The notes under the pieces are model-generated. The model was given only the letters and a program-made list of their open reading frames with translations. It searched no databases and had not been told where the DNA came from. DNA of 64,000 bases from an uncultured Methanosarcinaceae archaeon (GTDB lineage: Archaea > Halobacteriota > Methanosarcinia > Methanosarcinales > Methanosarcinaceae), in assembly GCA_963847185.1 (NCBI GenBank), contig CAWJYV010000001.1, forward strand, positions 192,001 to 256,000, given 5' to 3'. Position numbers and translations under genes: made by a program. Below, piece by piece: positions 50,593-61,303 of the stretch; the first letter of the stretch is position 1; the number at the start of each line of letters is the position of its first letter.

Positions 50593-52251
50593 ATGAGAAA
50601 ACAAATATTTGACAGAACGAAGAAAATACTATGTTTCTTCACAGTAATTTTTTTCATGATATCATCGACAGCTTCGTCAGTCAGCGCAACGAACGGAGAA
50701 ATACCAGATGAAACTCCACCAATAGACAATGCAACAGAGCCTACTGTGATCGGACCTCCTGTAACACAACTTCCTATCACAGAACCGACAGTAATAGTAC
50801 CTAATGTAACAGAATCTATTGTAACAGTGCCTAATATGACAGAATCTACTGTAGTAGTACCCAATATGACAGAACCTGGAGGATCAATACCTGGCGCAGC
50901 AGAACCTACTGTAGTAGTGCCTAATATCACAGAACCTGTTGCAATAGTACCTAATATCACGGAACCTACTGTAATAGTGCCTAATATAACAGGACCCGCC
51001 GAGATAGAACCTAACGGAGCGGAACCTGACGTAACCGGGCCTCCAGAAGTACCTTCGGAAATAGAATCTATAGCAATCGAGCCTAACATAACAGCGCCTA
51101 GCGCAACAGTTCCTGAAGGACCTGAAGGAACAATGCCAGTTCTCTTGATACCACCAACAACCGAAGCCACTAATAATATCTCTGTAATTAATGAAACTAC
51201 AAACACTACAACCTCTGTGAATATAGGAAATAACTCCGGAGGAATTGCAGTGAATCCGCAGGGAACAAACGTATATGTAACTAATATTACCAACAATACT
51301 GTTTCTGTAATTAATACAGTTACAAACAACGTTACATCCGTAATTAATGTTGGAAATTACCCTGCTGGAATTGCAATCAATCCTTCAGGAACCAGGCTAT
51401 ATGTGACGAATGTCTACAGCAACACTGTTTCTGTAATTGATACATCCACAAACAGGGTTATAACCACAGTCAATGTTGGAAACTATCCTACTGGAGTTGC
51501 GGTTGCAGGAACAAACGTGTATGTAACGAATGCTTACAGCAACACTGTTTCTGTAATTAATACAGTTACAAACAACGTTACATCCATAATTAATGTAGGG
51601 AGCTATCCTGCTGGAATCGCAGTCGTGGGAAATAATGTATATGTAACCAACGTTTACAGCAACACTGTTTCTGTAATTGATATAACTACGAACACTGTGA
51701 TATCCACAATTAATGTTGGAAACTATCCTGCTGGAATCGTCGCCGTGGGGACAAAAATATGTGTAACGAACACTTTCAGTAACAATGTCTCTATAATCGA
51801 CACAGTCACAAACACCGTTACATCTACAGTGAATGTAGGAAGGTATCCTGCTGGAATCGCCGCTGTGGGAAATAATGTGTATGTAATGAACGTTTACAGC
51901 AAAACGGTCTCTATAATTAACATAACCACAAACATTGTTACAGCCACAGTGCCTGCAAGAAGTATTCCTATTACCTTTGGGCAATGCATATGTCCTCTTC
52001 CAGTAATACGTCCAGTACTTCCTGTTGCAAACTTCCGCAGCAATATCATTCTGCTGGTTAAGTTTACAGACCTTTCAAAGAATGCAACCAAATGGTACTG
52101 GGACTTTGGAGACGGAACAAATTCAACTGAGCAGAATCCTCTACACATATACAGTAAACCTGGAAATTACACAGTTAAGCTGACTGCAAGCAATAAAAAT
52201 GGCACAGCTTCAAAAGTTTCTGTAATCAATGTCTGTAACGGTACTAAATAA
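50593..52251 (+). CDS. Cell-surface protein: Pro/Thr-rich repeats + YVTN beta-propeller + PKD domain
   Basis: Signal peptide; EPTVVVPNIT decapeptide repeats; YVTN..SNTVSVI repeats; WDFGDG PKD motif. Confidence 0.92.
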   Translation: MRKQIFDRTKKILCFFTVIFFMISSTASSVSATNGEIPDETPPIDNATEPTVIGPPVTQLPITEPTVIVPNVTESIVTVPNMTESTVVVPNMTEPGGSIPGAAEPTVVVPNITEPVAIVPNITEPTVIVPNITGPAEIEPNGAEPDVTGPPEVPSEIESIAIEPNITAPSATVPEGPEGTMPVLLIPPTTEATNNISVINETTNTTTSVNIGNNSGGIAVNPQGTNVYVTNITNNTVSVINTVTNNVTSVINVGNYPAGIAINPSGTRLYVTNVYSNTVSVIDTSTNRVITTVNVGNYPTGVAVAGTNVYVTNAYSNTVSVINTVTNNVTSIINVGSYPAGIAVVGNNVYVTNVYSNTVSVIDITTNTVISTINVGNYPAGIVAVGTKICVTNTFSNNVSIIDTVTNTVTSTVNVGRYPAGIAAVGNNVYVMNVYSKTVSIINITTNIVTATVPARSIPITFGQCICPLPVIRPVLPVANFRSNIILLVKFTDLSKNATKWYWDFGDGTNSTEQNPLHIYSKPGNYTVKLTASNKNGTASKVSVINVCNGTK

Positions 52252-52273
52252 CGGAACAGTACTGTAATGTAAC

Positions 52274-52487
52274 CTAGTGTCTAGGAAATTTAGTTATGAG
52301 TCATTATAATTAGGAAAGGGACATGAATGAGGAGTTGTCTATGCATTAACACCTCATAATTAAGTTGCTTTGACATAGCACCTACACACTAGTGTCTAGG
52401 AAATTTAGTTCTGAGTCCTTATAATTAAAAAAGGGACTACGTAGAAGCATTGTTAAGTATTAACGCCCAATAATTAAATCACACTAG
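52274..52487. mobile_element. Two tandem MITE copies (CTAGTGTC family)
   Basis: Copies at 52274-52378 and 52389-52487, each starting CTAGTGTCTAGGAAATTTAGTT; homologous to 45845-45951. Confidence 0.8.
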
Positions 52488-52580
52488 GTAATATAACTAG
52501 AAACCGATAATAAAGCCAATAATAGACATGGAAGAAGAACTGGTAACTGATATCCTGATTCGGTATGAGAAAGTAGCCTT

Positions 52581-53528
52581 TTAATGCTCCAGAACCCTGG
52601 AGCAGTCAGTTTTTTTCTCCAAAAATACAACTGTGTTATATGCAGGAGGCTCGGGCTGTACTCTCTGTTCTTCAAAGCCTTGATGAAAATCAAAGAGAAT
52701 ATTTCTGCTTAGCAGTCTCATTAGCCCTTTCTCATAGATTCTGTAAGAAATCCTGCATCCAGCTGGCACTATCTTCAAAAGGTAATCAAGAATTTCTTTT
52801 TTAGGCTCGGCTTGCGCAGCTATCATAATGGCTTTGGCACCTGAATCAGAATTTATTAGATCAGCCGAACTAAGTGAAAAATGGTTTCCATTTATTATAT
52901 TGATATCTTCCGAAAGCCCCAGCCTATAAAGTACCTTTCTTGAGAAGTCTGCACTTGTAAAGTTCTTTTCTAACCCTATGCTTCTTATTCCGTACTGCTT
53001 AAGAAAAACAATGAGAGTCAAAGGAAGAGGTCCACTACCAAGAAATAAAACTCTGTCCCCGGGTTTTAGTCTAAAACCTTCGTATTCTGTCCTAACCAAC
53101 CTGAGATAGTTCTTGTAAAAGGGAAATCTCTCAAGGATGTCCCATGGTGATTGACTAGCAAGAATTTGATTTGCATACTGGGTTTCGAGCCTCACAGTAT
53201 ACAGGCTCCTGAACCTGTTTATTTCATCAAAAGCTGGCTCTAATTCCTGCTTTCTAAGAAGATTTAATGTTATATCATTTCCTAAATCCAGAGTGATTAA
53301 AGAATCCAGCTTATGGAACAGTTTCTCAATTTGATCCGAAGGACCATATAAGATATCTCCATCAGACAAAGGTCTAATATCTATATCTAAATTCAAAATT
53401 TCTTCAAGGATTGATTCTTGAAGCTCCAGGCCCTCGCTAACCTTAGTAACCCCGCTAACCTTAATAATTATACAAATCCCCTTATAATACAATGACACCC
53501 CTGGATATATTCCTATTGAGATTTCCAA
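52581..53528 (-). CDS. Nicotianamine synthase-family protein (start uncertain)
   Basis: FPFYKNYLRLVRTE, FLGSGPLPLT, IAAQAEPKK, YEKGL, NTVV motifs. Confidence 0.85.
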   Translation of the reverse strand: MEISIGIYPGVSLYYKGICIIIKVSGVTKVSEGLELQESILEEILNLDIDIRPLSDGDILYGPSDQIEKLFHKLDSLITLDLGNDITLNLLRKQELEPAFDEINRFRSLYTVRLETQYANQILASQSPWDILERFPFYKNYLRLVRTEYEGFRLKPGDRVLFLGSGPLPLTLIVFLKQYGIRSIGLEKNFTSADFSRKVLYRLGLSEDINIINGNHFSLSSADLINSDSGAKAIMIAAQAEPKKEILDYLLKIVPAGCRISYRIYEKGLMRLLSRNILFDFHQGFEEQRVQPEPPAYNTVVFLEKKTDCSRVLEH

Positions 53529-53683
53529 AGTCTGAGAGCTAAAAAATAGATTTTAGTTATTATGATATAGAAGTCCAGAAAAACCCTGCCAAAAGCCCTA
53601 AAAATATAACCTGGCAGAGTATGGTTGATTAGTTCTGAGAAATGCATATTAACTGGCTTGCCAGATAATATCCTGGAGAGTAT

Positions 53684-54499
53684 ATGAGCGTTTACGAGTG
53701 CAAGACTATTGACATTGCCCCTACGATTTCAAGGCTGTTGAGAGTTCCTATGGTTCCGCCTACAGGCAGGCCGATTCCCGAGATGGAGAACTACGCAAAG
53801 GAAAAAGGCTGCAAAAGAGCTGTGATCATTGTAGTTGACAGTCTTGGATATTCCCTTTACAAGCACTTTTCTCTAATAATGAGGAATTTGACCGGATTTG
53901 CTGAGAAAGGACTTCTCTTTAAATGCAAGTCTCAAGCAACTATAACATCTCCTGCGATTGCGTCAATCTTTACAGGGTACCTGCCAGAAGAACATAAAGT
54001 CTATTCAACAAAGGACATTTATCTCGAAACAGCAAAAGATCCTGAAAATCCCAAACTTAAGAGTATTATGGAATGGGCTTATAGGGCAGGCTTGAAAGCT
54101 TCAGTAGTTATCGAATCTGAAGGTGCAGAAGTTTTCAGGGGGAGGGTAAAAAAATATTACGGAGTTCCGGATTCCGAGGATATCCTGGACTATGACAGCC
54201 AGATAACTGAGTATGCTCTATGTGCTCTCAGGGAAAAAACAGATATTTTGGCCCTGCATCTCAGAACTCTTGACCGTTTTTCCCACAGAGCCGAAAGCTG
54301 GGAGGAAATGAAACAGGCTGCAAAAGCAGTGGATAAAAATTTAGGTGAGATTTTCCGCAGCGCAGAAAAGGGGACAATTTTTTTCATATGTGGAGATCAT
54401 TCAGTTCATGGGGGGAAAAAATGGTTGAAAAATGCAACAGAAGAAGAGGTCAAAAACCACACGGAAAACCTTGTAGCTCTGATAGTGGGTTGTAATTAA
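53684..54499 (+). CDS. Alkaline phosphatase-superfamily protein
   Basis: VVDSLG, ITSPAIASIFTG..P.EH, LDRFSH, GDH; DIAPT motif located at the N-terminus. Confidence 0.8.
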   Translation: MSVYECKTIDIAPTISRLLRVPMVPPTGRPIPEMENYAKEKGCKRAVIIVVDSLGYSLYKHFSLIMRNLTGFAEKGLLFKCKSQATITSPAIASIFTGYLPEEHKVYSTKDIYLETAKDPENPKLKSIMEWAYRAGLKASVVIESEGAEVFRGRVKKYYGVPDSEDILDYDSQITEYALCALREKTDILALHLRTLDRFSHRAESWEEMKQAAKAVDKNLGEIFRSAEKGTIFFICGDHSVHGGKKWLKNATEEEVKNHTENLVALIVGCN

Positions 54500-54536
54500 G
54501 AAGCCACTTTTGCCGCATTTTTTCTCTTCTTCTAAT

Positions 54537-56405
54537 TTATTTTTTCTTGCTTCTCTTGAGCACAAAAATGATGGAAACGATTCCAAGCATTTCCAGGGCC
54601 AGTGTAAACCAGAGAAGATTTTTTATATCAGTTTTAAATGCTGAGCTCTCTATGAAATTTTTAGCATTTTCTCCATTTCTGAGAACTTCATGCTCTATTG
54701 CAGATTTCAATTCTGCAGGAGGTCTGGTGCCAACAACAGATAAAGCAAAGTTCTCCGCAGACTCAAGATGTTCTTTGCTGAGAATTTTTGTACTTTTATC
54801 CTCTTCTCCACTTTTTGAGTTTGAGTTTTCCTCATCTGCTGCATTAGTTACCGCATCATTAGTATTATAATTATCTTGAGAATAAAAAACACTATCTGTA
54901 CCAGAGGTGCTATTGGCGTCTTCAACCTTAACTAAATTCATAATTTCCTTTAAATCGTTACCATATTCATTACTGACTTTCAGGCTCACAGTGTAATTTC
55001 CTGGAGTTGTGTAAGTGTGTACAGGACTTTTTTTAGTGGACTGATTTCCATCCCCAAAGTCCCATGTCCAGTCAATGGCATTTTCTGAAAGATCAACAAA
55101 GTCAACCGTAAGAGGAGCCTTTCCTGTGGTTACACTGGCACTGAATTTGGCCTCAGGAACTGATGTCGGAGTAGGTTTTAAAACAGTTATAACAGTACAT
55201 GTGGAAGAACTACCATTAGGATTCTTTACTCTCAGAGATACTGTATAGTTTCCTGGACAACAAAAGGTATGTCTTGGAGTTAAACAGGAGGAACTCTTCC
55301 CATCCCCAAAACTCCAATCCAGAGAATCCGCGTTTTCTGAAAAATCAACAAACTGAACAGTAAGAGGAACGTACCCACTTGTGACATTGACACTGAATTT
55401 GGCTTCAGGGAGTGCTGGAACGGACGGATCCTGGGCTTTCAAAACAATTATCGTTACATTTGTAGAGTCACTACCGTTTTCATTTGTAACATTCAGGGTA
55501 ACTGTATAAGTACCCTCTTTGATAAATGTATGAAGAATATCAGACCTATTAAAGAGATCAGATGAGTTTGAGACTGCCATGTCTCCAAAACTCCACGCTA
55601 AAGATGTAGCGTCCTCTGAAAAGTCTGTAAATTCTACTGTAAGAGGAGAATATCCGACTGTCACGTTGGAAGTGAAGATAGCCTCAGGAAATACAGGAGA
55701 TTTTGGAGTAAAATTAATTAGTGGCCTGTAATCCATACTATCTATCTGGTGATTAATGATATACAGCGTATCTCCGATGCCGTCTCCGTCTTTGTCCTTG
55801 CCTGTATAGTCGCTCCAGTAATTTCCTTCGGTAAGATTCCAGCTGTTAAGTTTATCGTCTACGACATTATTCGTATTGTTAAAACAGTTTTTATAGATTG
55901 TATTGCCTGTAGAACTCACCAACTTGATCCCACAGTTTATGTTAGAATACACAGTATTATCGTGCAGCGTATTATTGTTTGACTTATAAAGGCAGACTCC
56001 GATCTCGTTTTCTGATACATTATTGTTGTTAATCACGCAATTTTGAACACTATTGAGATAAATCCCGCAGTGTCCGCCAGTTATTGAGAACCCGTTAATT
56101 GTTACATTGACAGCAGTTATCTCGAATGCTTTGCTTTCGATTTCCTCACTTCTAATTAGAGTATTATCTGGATTTTGTGATTCAGACGTTATTGTCAGGT
56201 TATCCTGATTGATTTGAATACTCTCATTGTATACCCCTGGCTTCACAAAGATGGTATCTCCCGAAGATGCCACATTTACTGCAGCCTGGATGGACTCTCC
56301 TGGTGAAACATAAATGAATTCTGCGGCTCCGGTTTCTTGGATAGTGACCGGAGCCAAAAATATTAAGAATAGGCAGACCCATCTGAAAGTTCGAATTTTT
56401 GTCAT
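54537..56405 (-). CDS. Cell-surface protein with NosD-like beta-helix and three PKD domains
   Basis: SIQAAVN...GDTI.V.PG.Y, GNYWSDY.G.D.DGDGIGD, three W.FGD motifs, C-terminal TM plus basic tail. Confidence 0.92.
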   Translation of the reverse strand: MTKIRTFRWVCLFLIFLAPVTIQETGAAEFIYVSPGESIQAAVNVASSGDTIFVKPGVYNESIQINQDNLTITSESQNPDNTLIRSEEIESKAFEITAVNVTINGFSITGGHCGIYLNSVQNCVINNNNVSENEIGVCLYKSNNNTLHDNTVYSNINCGIKLVSSTGNTIYKNCFNNTNNVVDDKLNSWNLTEGNYWSDYTGKDKDGDGIGDTLYIINHQIDSMDYRPLINFTPKSPVFPEAIFTSNVTVGYSPLTVEFTDFSEDATSLAWSFGDMAVSNSSDLFNRSDILHTFIKEGTYTVTLNVTNENGSDSTNVTIIVLKAQDPSVPALPEAKFSVNVTSGYVPLTVQFVDFSENADSLDWSFGDGKSSSCLTPRHTFCCPGNYTVSLRVKNPNGSSSTCTVITVLKPTPTSVPEAKFSASVTTGKAPLTVDFVDLSENAIDWTWDFGDGNQSTKKSPVHTYTTPGNYTVSLKVSNEYGNDLKEIMNLVKVEDANSTSGTDSVFYSQDNYNTNDAVTNAADEENSNSKSGEEDKSTKILSKEHLESAENFALSVVGTRPPAELKSAIEHEVLRNGENAKNFIESSAFKTDIKNLLWFTLALEMLGIVSIIFVLKRSKKK

Positions 56406-56683
56406 TTCAACCCGCACATTTATCCAGAAATTCATGAATAATTTTTATAGGATTAGATATAAAATTATTGATTTAAAGAAATATTAGGCGAAAGAAATTA
56501 AAATTAATGTATTTAAAAATGTTTACTGAATAAATCTAAATTTCCTTTTTGTTGCTTCGTGAGATTATTATATAAAAAGGAGCTTATTAATAAATAAGAC
56601 ATTTATCCTAAATAAGGCATTTTATCCTGTGAACAGAGTTTAATTGTCAGAGTAAAGTAGCGGCTCCTGGGGTAAAGTAATGA

Positions 56684-56773
56684 ATTTAAGGGCCAAGGAT
56701 TTAAGGGCCAATGGATTTAAGAGCCAATAGATTTAAGAGCCAATAGATTTAAGAGCCAATAGATTTAAGAGCC
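56684..56773. repeat. Tandem repeat, ~6 x 16 bp (ATTTAAGAGCCAATAG)
   Basis: Directly visible head-to-tail copies without spacers. Confidence 0.9.
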
Positions 56774-56817
56774 CCCTGTGGGTACATAATATTTTTCAAA
56801 TGCATCTTGACCGCTTG

Positions 56818-56864
56818 AAACTCTGTTTCCCTTTAAACTCTGTTTCCCTTTAAACTCTGTTTCC
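56818..56864. repeat. Tandem repeat, ~3 x 17 bp (AAACTCTGTTTCCCTTT)
   Basis: Directly visible. Confidence 0.9.
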
Positions 56865-57126
56865 ATGTGTCTATTTTTCGGTTTAATCTTTCCTGATATT
56901 CAGGCGTTTTCCTTGTATGCAGGCTCAGTTGTAAGTGTCCTGAATAAGTTTTCAATTAATCAAGGAAAATTAAGTAAGCTTGTCAATGATAATATATATT
57001 AATTATAATTCTCAATGTTTCTGGAAGAAATTTACTTACAAAAAGTGTTAAAGCCTGGGTTGAGCACAAAGATTTTTAAGCAAACCTCAAGTTAATTCTT
57101 GAAAATTCAGCTGGAGAAGATGAATA

Positions 57127-57681
57127 ATGCAGGAAAAAATAAAGGAAATTGCAGCTCGAGTCCGTGAAATGAGAGAAATCTCTGAAATCCCGGTAAAAGA
57201 AATGGCAGAGTATTTGCAAGTATCTGATGAAACTTACCAGAATTTCGAAAGTGGAAATGAAGATATTCCGGCAAGTATACTGTTCGAACTTGCACATAAG
57301 CTGAACGTGGACATGGCTACTCTCCTTACAGGAGAAGAACCACGTATGAATATCTTTACGGTCACACGGAATGGAAAAGGCGTCAGTGTAGAGAGAAGAA
57401 AACAGTATAAATATCAGAATCTCGTCGAGAAATTCGTCCACAAAAAAGCCGAATTTTTCATCGTTTCAGTCGAGCCCAAACTTTCTGGGGCAAAGCCGGA
57501 CACAAATTCCCATCCTGGACAGGAATTTAACTACGTGCTCGAGGGAAGTTTGAAGGTATATATTCACAATAATGAAATTATTCTGAATGAAGGAGACTCA
57601 ATTTACTTTGATTCCAATTACGAACATGCTATGGAAGCCATGGAAGGAGAACCCGCTAAGTTCCTGGCAGTGATATTGTGA
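57127..57681 (+). CDS. XRE-family HTH regulator with cupin domain
   Basis: N-terminal HTH_3 pattern; [12 protein letters not shown]...GDSIYFDS...H cupin motif. Confidence 0.92.
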   Translation: MQEKIKEIAARVREMREISEIPVKEMAEYLQVSDETYQNFESGNEDIPASILFELAHKLNVDMATLLTGEEPRMNIFTVTRNGKGVSVERRKQYKYQNLVEKFVHKKAEFFIVSVEPKLSGAKPDTNSHPGQEFNYVLEGSLKVYIHNNEIILNEGDSIYFDSNYEHAMEAMEGEPAKFLAVIL

Positions 57682-57812
57682 ATCTATCTGATATCTAACA
57701 AATTCGACATGAATCATAAATCCACTAAATACTATTGAAATCCAAAACGGGCCCTAAAGCCTTCTAAACTACACAAACATAAAAATAAAGGTAAATAAAA
57801 CGGGTGTCCACA

Positions 57813-59486
57813 ATGACTTCCTTGCTGAGCCAATTTGTTTCCAAAACCGATTTTGAATCTTATGAGGATTTCCAGGAAAATCTCAAAATCCTGGTTCCTG
57901 AAAACTTCAACTTTGCTTATGATATCGTCGATGCCTACGCAAGAGACGATCCTGAAAAAATTGCTATGATCTGGTGTGACGATAACGGGGAAGAAAGAAC
58001 CTTCACTTTCAGAGACCTCAAGTACTACAGTGATAAAGCTGCAAATTACTTTTTGAAGCATGGGATAGGCAAAGGCGACTATGTAATGCTCACCTTAAAG
58101 AGCCGCTATGAGTTCTGGTACTGTATCCTGGGACTGCACAAGCTGGGAGCTATTGCCGTGCCTGCAACCCACATGCTCAAAACACGAGATATCGTGTACA
58201 GGATTGAAAAAGCCGGCCTGAAAATGATTGTCTGCATTTCAGAGGACGGAGTTCCTGAACAGATGGACGAAGCTCATTCCCAGTGCGAAGATGTCCCGCT
58301 TAAAAAAGCAGTTATTGGAGGAAAACTCAGGGAAGGCTGGATTGATTTCAAAAAAGAGCTTGAGGAAGCTTCTCCAGATTTCGAGCGGCCTACAGGAGAG
58401 AATGCTACTAAAAATGAGGACATTTCTCTGGTCTATTTCTCTTCAGGAACGGCTGGCTTCCCTAAAATGGTAGAGCACGACTTTACCTATCCTCTTGGAC
58501 ATATTCTTACCGCAAAATACTGGCAGAATGTTGAGGATAACGGGCTGCATTATACAGTTGCAGACAGCGGCTGGGGAAAATGCGTATGGGGCAAAATCTA
58601 TGGCCAGTGGATAGCAGGCTGTGCGGTCTTTGTCTATGATTACGACCGGTTTGAAGCCAAAAATATGCTTGAAAAAGCCTCAAAATTCGGAGTCACAACT
58701 TTCTGTGCCCCTCCAACAATCTACCGCTTCCTGATTAAGGAAGACCTTAGCAAGTATGAATTCGGTACTCTGAAATATGCAGTCGTTGCAGGTGAACCTC
58801 TCAACCCTGAAGTGTTTAACCGTTTCCTTGAATACACAGGCATAAAGCTTATGGAAGGGTTTGGGCAGACTGAAACTGTTGTCACTATTGCAACTTTCCC
58901 CTGGATGGAACCAAAACCCGGATCTATCGGAAAACCGACTCCCGGATATAAGGTTGAACTTATGGACAGGGACGGCAGGCTCTGTGAGGTAGGGGAAGAA
59001 GGAGAAATAGTTATCAACACAAAGGAAGAAAAGCCTGTTGGACTCTTTGTACATTATGGAAAGGATCCTGAAAAGACTGAAGAAACCTGGCATGATGGCT
59101 ACTATCATACAGGAGACATGGCCTGGATGGACGAAGACGGCTATCTCTGGTTTGTGGGAAGAGCTGACGATATTATCAAGACTTCAGGATACAAGGTAGG
59201 ACCTTTTGAAGTTGAAAGTGCCCTCATCCAGCACCCTGCAGTACTTGAATGTGCAATTACAGGAGTTCCAGATGCTGTAAGAGGTCAGGTTATTAAGGCG
59301 ACTGTCGTGCTCACCAAAAATTACACTGCAGGAGAAGCACTTAAAAAAGAGTTGCAAGAGCACGTAAAAAAGGTTACAGCTCCCTACAAGTACCCTCGTA
59401 TCATAGAGTTTGTGGATGAACTTCCAAAGACGATCAGCGGTAAAATCCGAAGGGTTGAAATTAGGGAAAATGATCAGGTTCAATAA
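57813..59486 (+). CDS. AMP-forming acyl-CoA synthetase (medium/branched-chain type)
   Basis: [41 protein letters not shown]. Confidence 0.93.
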   Translation: MTSLLSQFVSKTDFESYEDFQENLKILVPENFNFAYDIVDAYARDDPEKIAMIWCDDNGEERTFTFRDLKYYSDKAANYFLKHGIGKGDYVMLTLKSRYEFWYCILGLHKLGAIAVPATHMLKTRDIVYRIEKAGLKMIVCISEDGVPEQMDEAHSQCEDVPLKKAVIGGKLREGWIDFKKELEEASPDFERPTGENATKNEDISLVYFSSGTAGFPKMVEHDFTYPLGHILTAKYWQNVEDNGLHYTVADSGWGKCVWGKIYGQWIAGCAVFVYDYDRFEAKNMLEKASKFGVTTFCAPPTIYRFLIKEDLSKYEFGTLKYAVVAGEPLNPEVFNRFLEYTGIKLMEGFGQTETVVTIATFPWMEPKPGSIGKPTPGYKVELMDRDGRLCEVGEEGEIVINTKEEKPVGLFVHYGKDPEKTEETWHDGYYHTGDMAWMDEDGYLWFVGRADDIIKTSGYKVGPFEVESALIQHPAVLECAITGVPDAVRGQVIKATVVLTKNYTAGEALKKELQEHVKKVTAPYKYPRIIEFVDELPKTISGKIRRVEIRENDQVQ

Positions 59487-59978
59487 ATAAGAGCTAATAG
59501 TAGTATAGTTCGGAACAGTTCAGTTCGGAACAGTTTAAAGCTTCTGAAGAATCCGAAAGGGCTTCTGAAGAATCAGACCGAGCTTTAGAAATCCAGATGC
59601 CTTTCCTCAAGAAGGAAAGGCAATATAAAATCAGGGAAAAGCTTTAGATTATATTATAAAGAGCGAAAAGAAAGGAAAGAATTAAGTACCTTTAACTTTT
59701 TCTGAAACGTTTGCTCTGAAAACCTACAGTTCTGGACTTACTTTACGTCTTAATCTTAGTTTTACCTTAATTCACGGAAATAAACAATTATACGGTTTGA
59801 AAAAACCACTTTAAACGACAGGTTTTCTTTCTGTCACACAAAATTTGTTCGAAAAAAAGAACTGGAAGGTCCGGTAAAATGATTGAAAGAATAGATCCGG
59901 ATAGTCCTTAAGCCCAGGGACAAACCTGAAACCGAAAGAGTCCTGAAGGCGACTAAATTAACAAACTGAGGCTCCGAT

Positions 59979-60227
59979 ATGACAAAGAGCGATAAAAAAG
60001 AACCATATCCTATTATCAATACTCTGGAATGCAAAGCCTGCGGGCGCTGCCTCCTCGCCTGCCCGAAAGACGTACTTTTCATGAGTGAGAGCCTGAATGC
60101 TCGAGGCTACCATTACATCGAATATAAAGGAGAGGGCTGTTCAGGATGTTTGAGCTGTTATTACACTTGCCCTGAGCCTCTTGCAATAGAAATTCACATT
60201 CCACTGAAAGGTGAGGAAGCCAGGTAA
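59979..60227 (+). CDS. vorC: 2x[4Fe-4S] ferredoxin subunit of 2-oxoisovalerate oxidoreductase
   Basis: [12 protein letters not shown] and [12 protein letters not shown]; first gene of the vor cluster. Confidence 0.85.
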   Translation: MTKSDKKEPYPIINTLECKACGRCLLACPKDVLFMSESLNARGYHYIEYKGEGCSGCLSCYYTCPEPLAIEIHIPLKGEEAR

Positions 60228-60247
60228 GGCAGAAAAGGAGGAAAAAG

Positions 60248-61303
60248 ATGGCAACACAACTCGTAAAAGGTAATTCTGCAATAGTCGTCGGAGCACTTTA
60301 TGCTGGATGTGACTGTTTTTTCGGATATCCCATCACCCCGGCAAGTGAGATTCTTCACGATGCATCCAACTACTTCCCAAAAATTGGGAGAAAATTCGTC
60401 CAGGCCGAATCCGAAGAAGCAGCTATTAATATGGTCTACGGAGGAGCATCTGCAGGGCACAGAGTCATGACATCCTCTTCCGGCCCCGGAATCAGCCTGA
60501 TGCAGGAAGGACTCTCCTACCTTGCAGGTGCAGAGCTTCCCTGCGTACTTATAGATATCATGAGGGCAGGGCCCGGTCTTGGGAACATAGGGCCTGAGCA
60601 GGCAGACTACAACCAGGTGGTAAAAGGCGGAGGGCATGGGAACTACAAAAATATCGTGCTTGCTCCAAATTCCGTACAGGAGATGTGCGACTTTACAATG
60701 AAGGCTTTTGAGCTTGCCTTCAAATATAGAAACCCTGCTGTAGTACTCGCAGACGGGGTGCTAGGCCAGATGATCGAGTCTCTTGAGTTTCCGGAAGAAG
60801 CTACTATCCCTGAGATTGATACTACCTGGGCGGTTAACGGAACGGCCGAAACAAGGCTTAACTTGATAACTTCAATCTTTCTGGACTTTAGTGAACTTGA
60901 GAGCTTTAATGAGAGGCTACAGGCAAAATACGAGCTGATCAGGCAGAATGAAGTGGATTATGAAGAATACCTTACTGGAGATGCCTCAATTGTCCTTGTT
61001 TCCTACGGAATCAGCAGTAGAATTTGCAGGTCAGCCGTGGATCTTGCCAGGAAGGAAGGCATTAAAGTAGGGCTTTTCAGGCCGAAAACTCTCTTCCCAT
61101 TCCCTGAAGCACAGTTGAAAGCTCATGCAAATAAAGGATGCTCTTTCATAGCCGTGGAAATGAGCAATGGGCAGATGAGAGACGATATCAAGCTTGCAAT
61201 CGGTTGTTCACAACCTGTAGAGCTGGTAAACCGTATGGGAGGAAACCTGATAACTCTTGATCAGATAATGGATAAAATCCGAAAAGCCGCAGGGGAGGTA
61301 TGA
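60248..61303 (+). CDS. vorB: 2-oxoisovalerate:ferredoxin oxidoreductase alpha-type subunit
   Basis: [28 protein letters not shown]. Confidence 0.88.
   Translation: MATQLVKGNSAIVVGALYAGCDCFFGYPITPASEILHDASNYFPKIGRKFVQAESEEAAINMVYGGASAGHRVMTSSSGPGISLMQEGLSYLAGAELPCVLIDIMRAGPGLGNIGPEQADYNQVVKGGGHGNYKNIVLAPNSVQEMCDFTMKAFELAFKYRNPAVVLADGVLGQMIESLEFPEEATIPEIDTTWAVNGTAETRLNLITSIFLDFSELESFNERLQAKYELIRQNEVDYEEYLTGDASIVLVSYGISSRICRSAVDLARKEGIKVGLFRPKTLFPFPEAQLKAHANKGCSFIAVEMSNGQMRDDIKLAIGCSQPVELVNRMGGNLITLDQIMDKIRKAAGEV

Noticed and set aside
50562-51984. Long antisense ORFs (255 aa and 195 aa)
   Set aside because: They are shadows of the repetitive YVTN gene on the opposite strand and show no independent motifs
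56684-56864. Possible CRISPR array
   Set aside because: Units are 16-17 bp and head-to-tail with no unique spacers; these are simple tandem repeats
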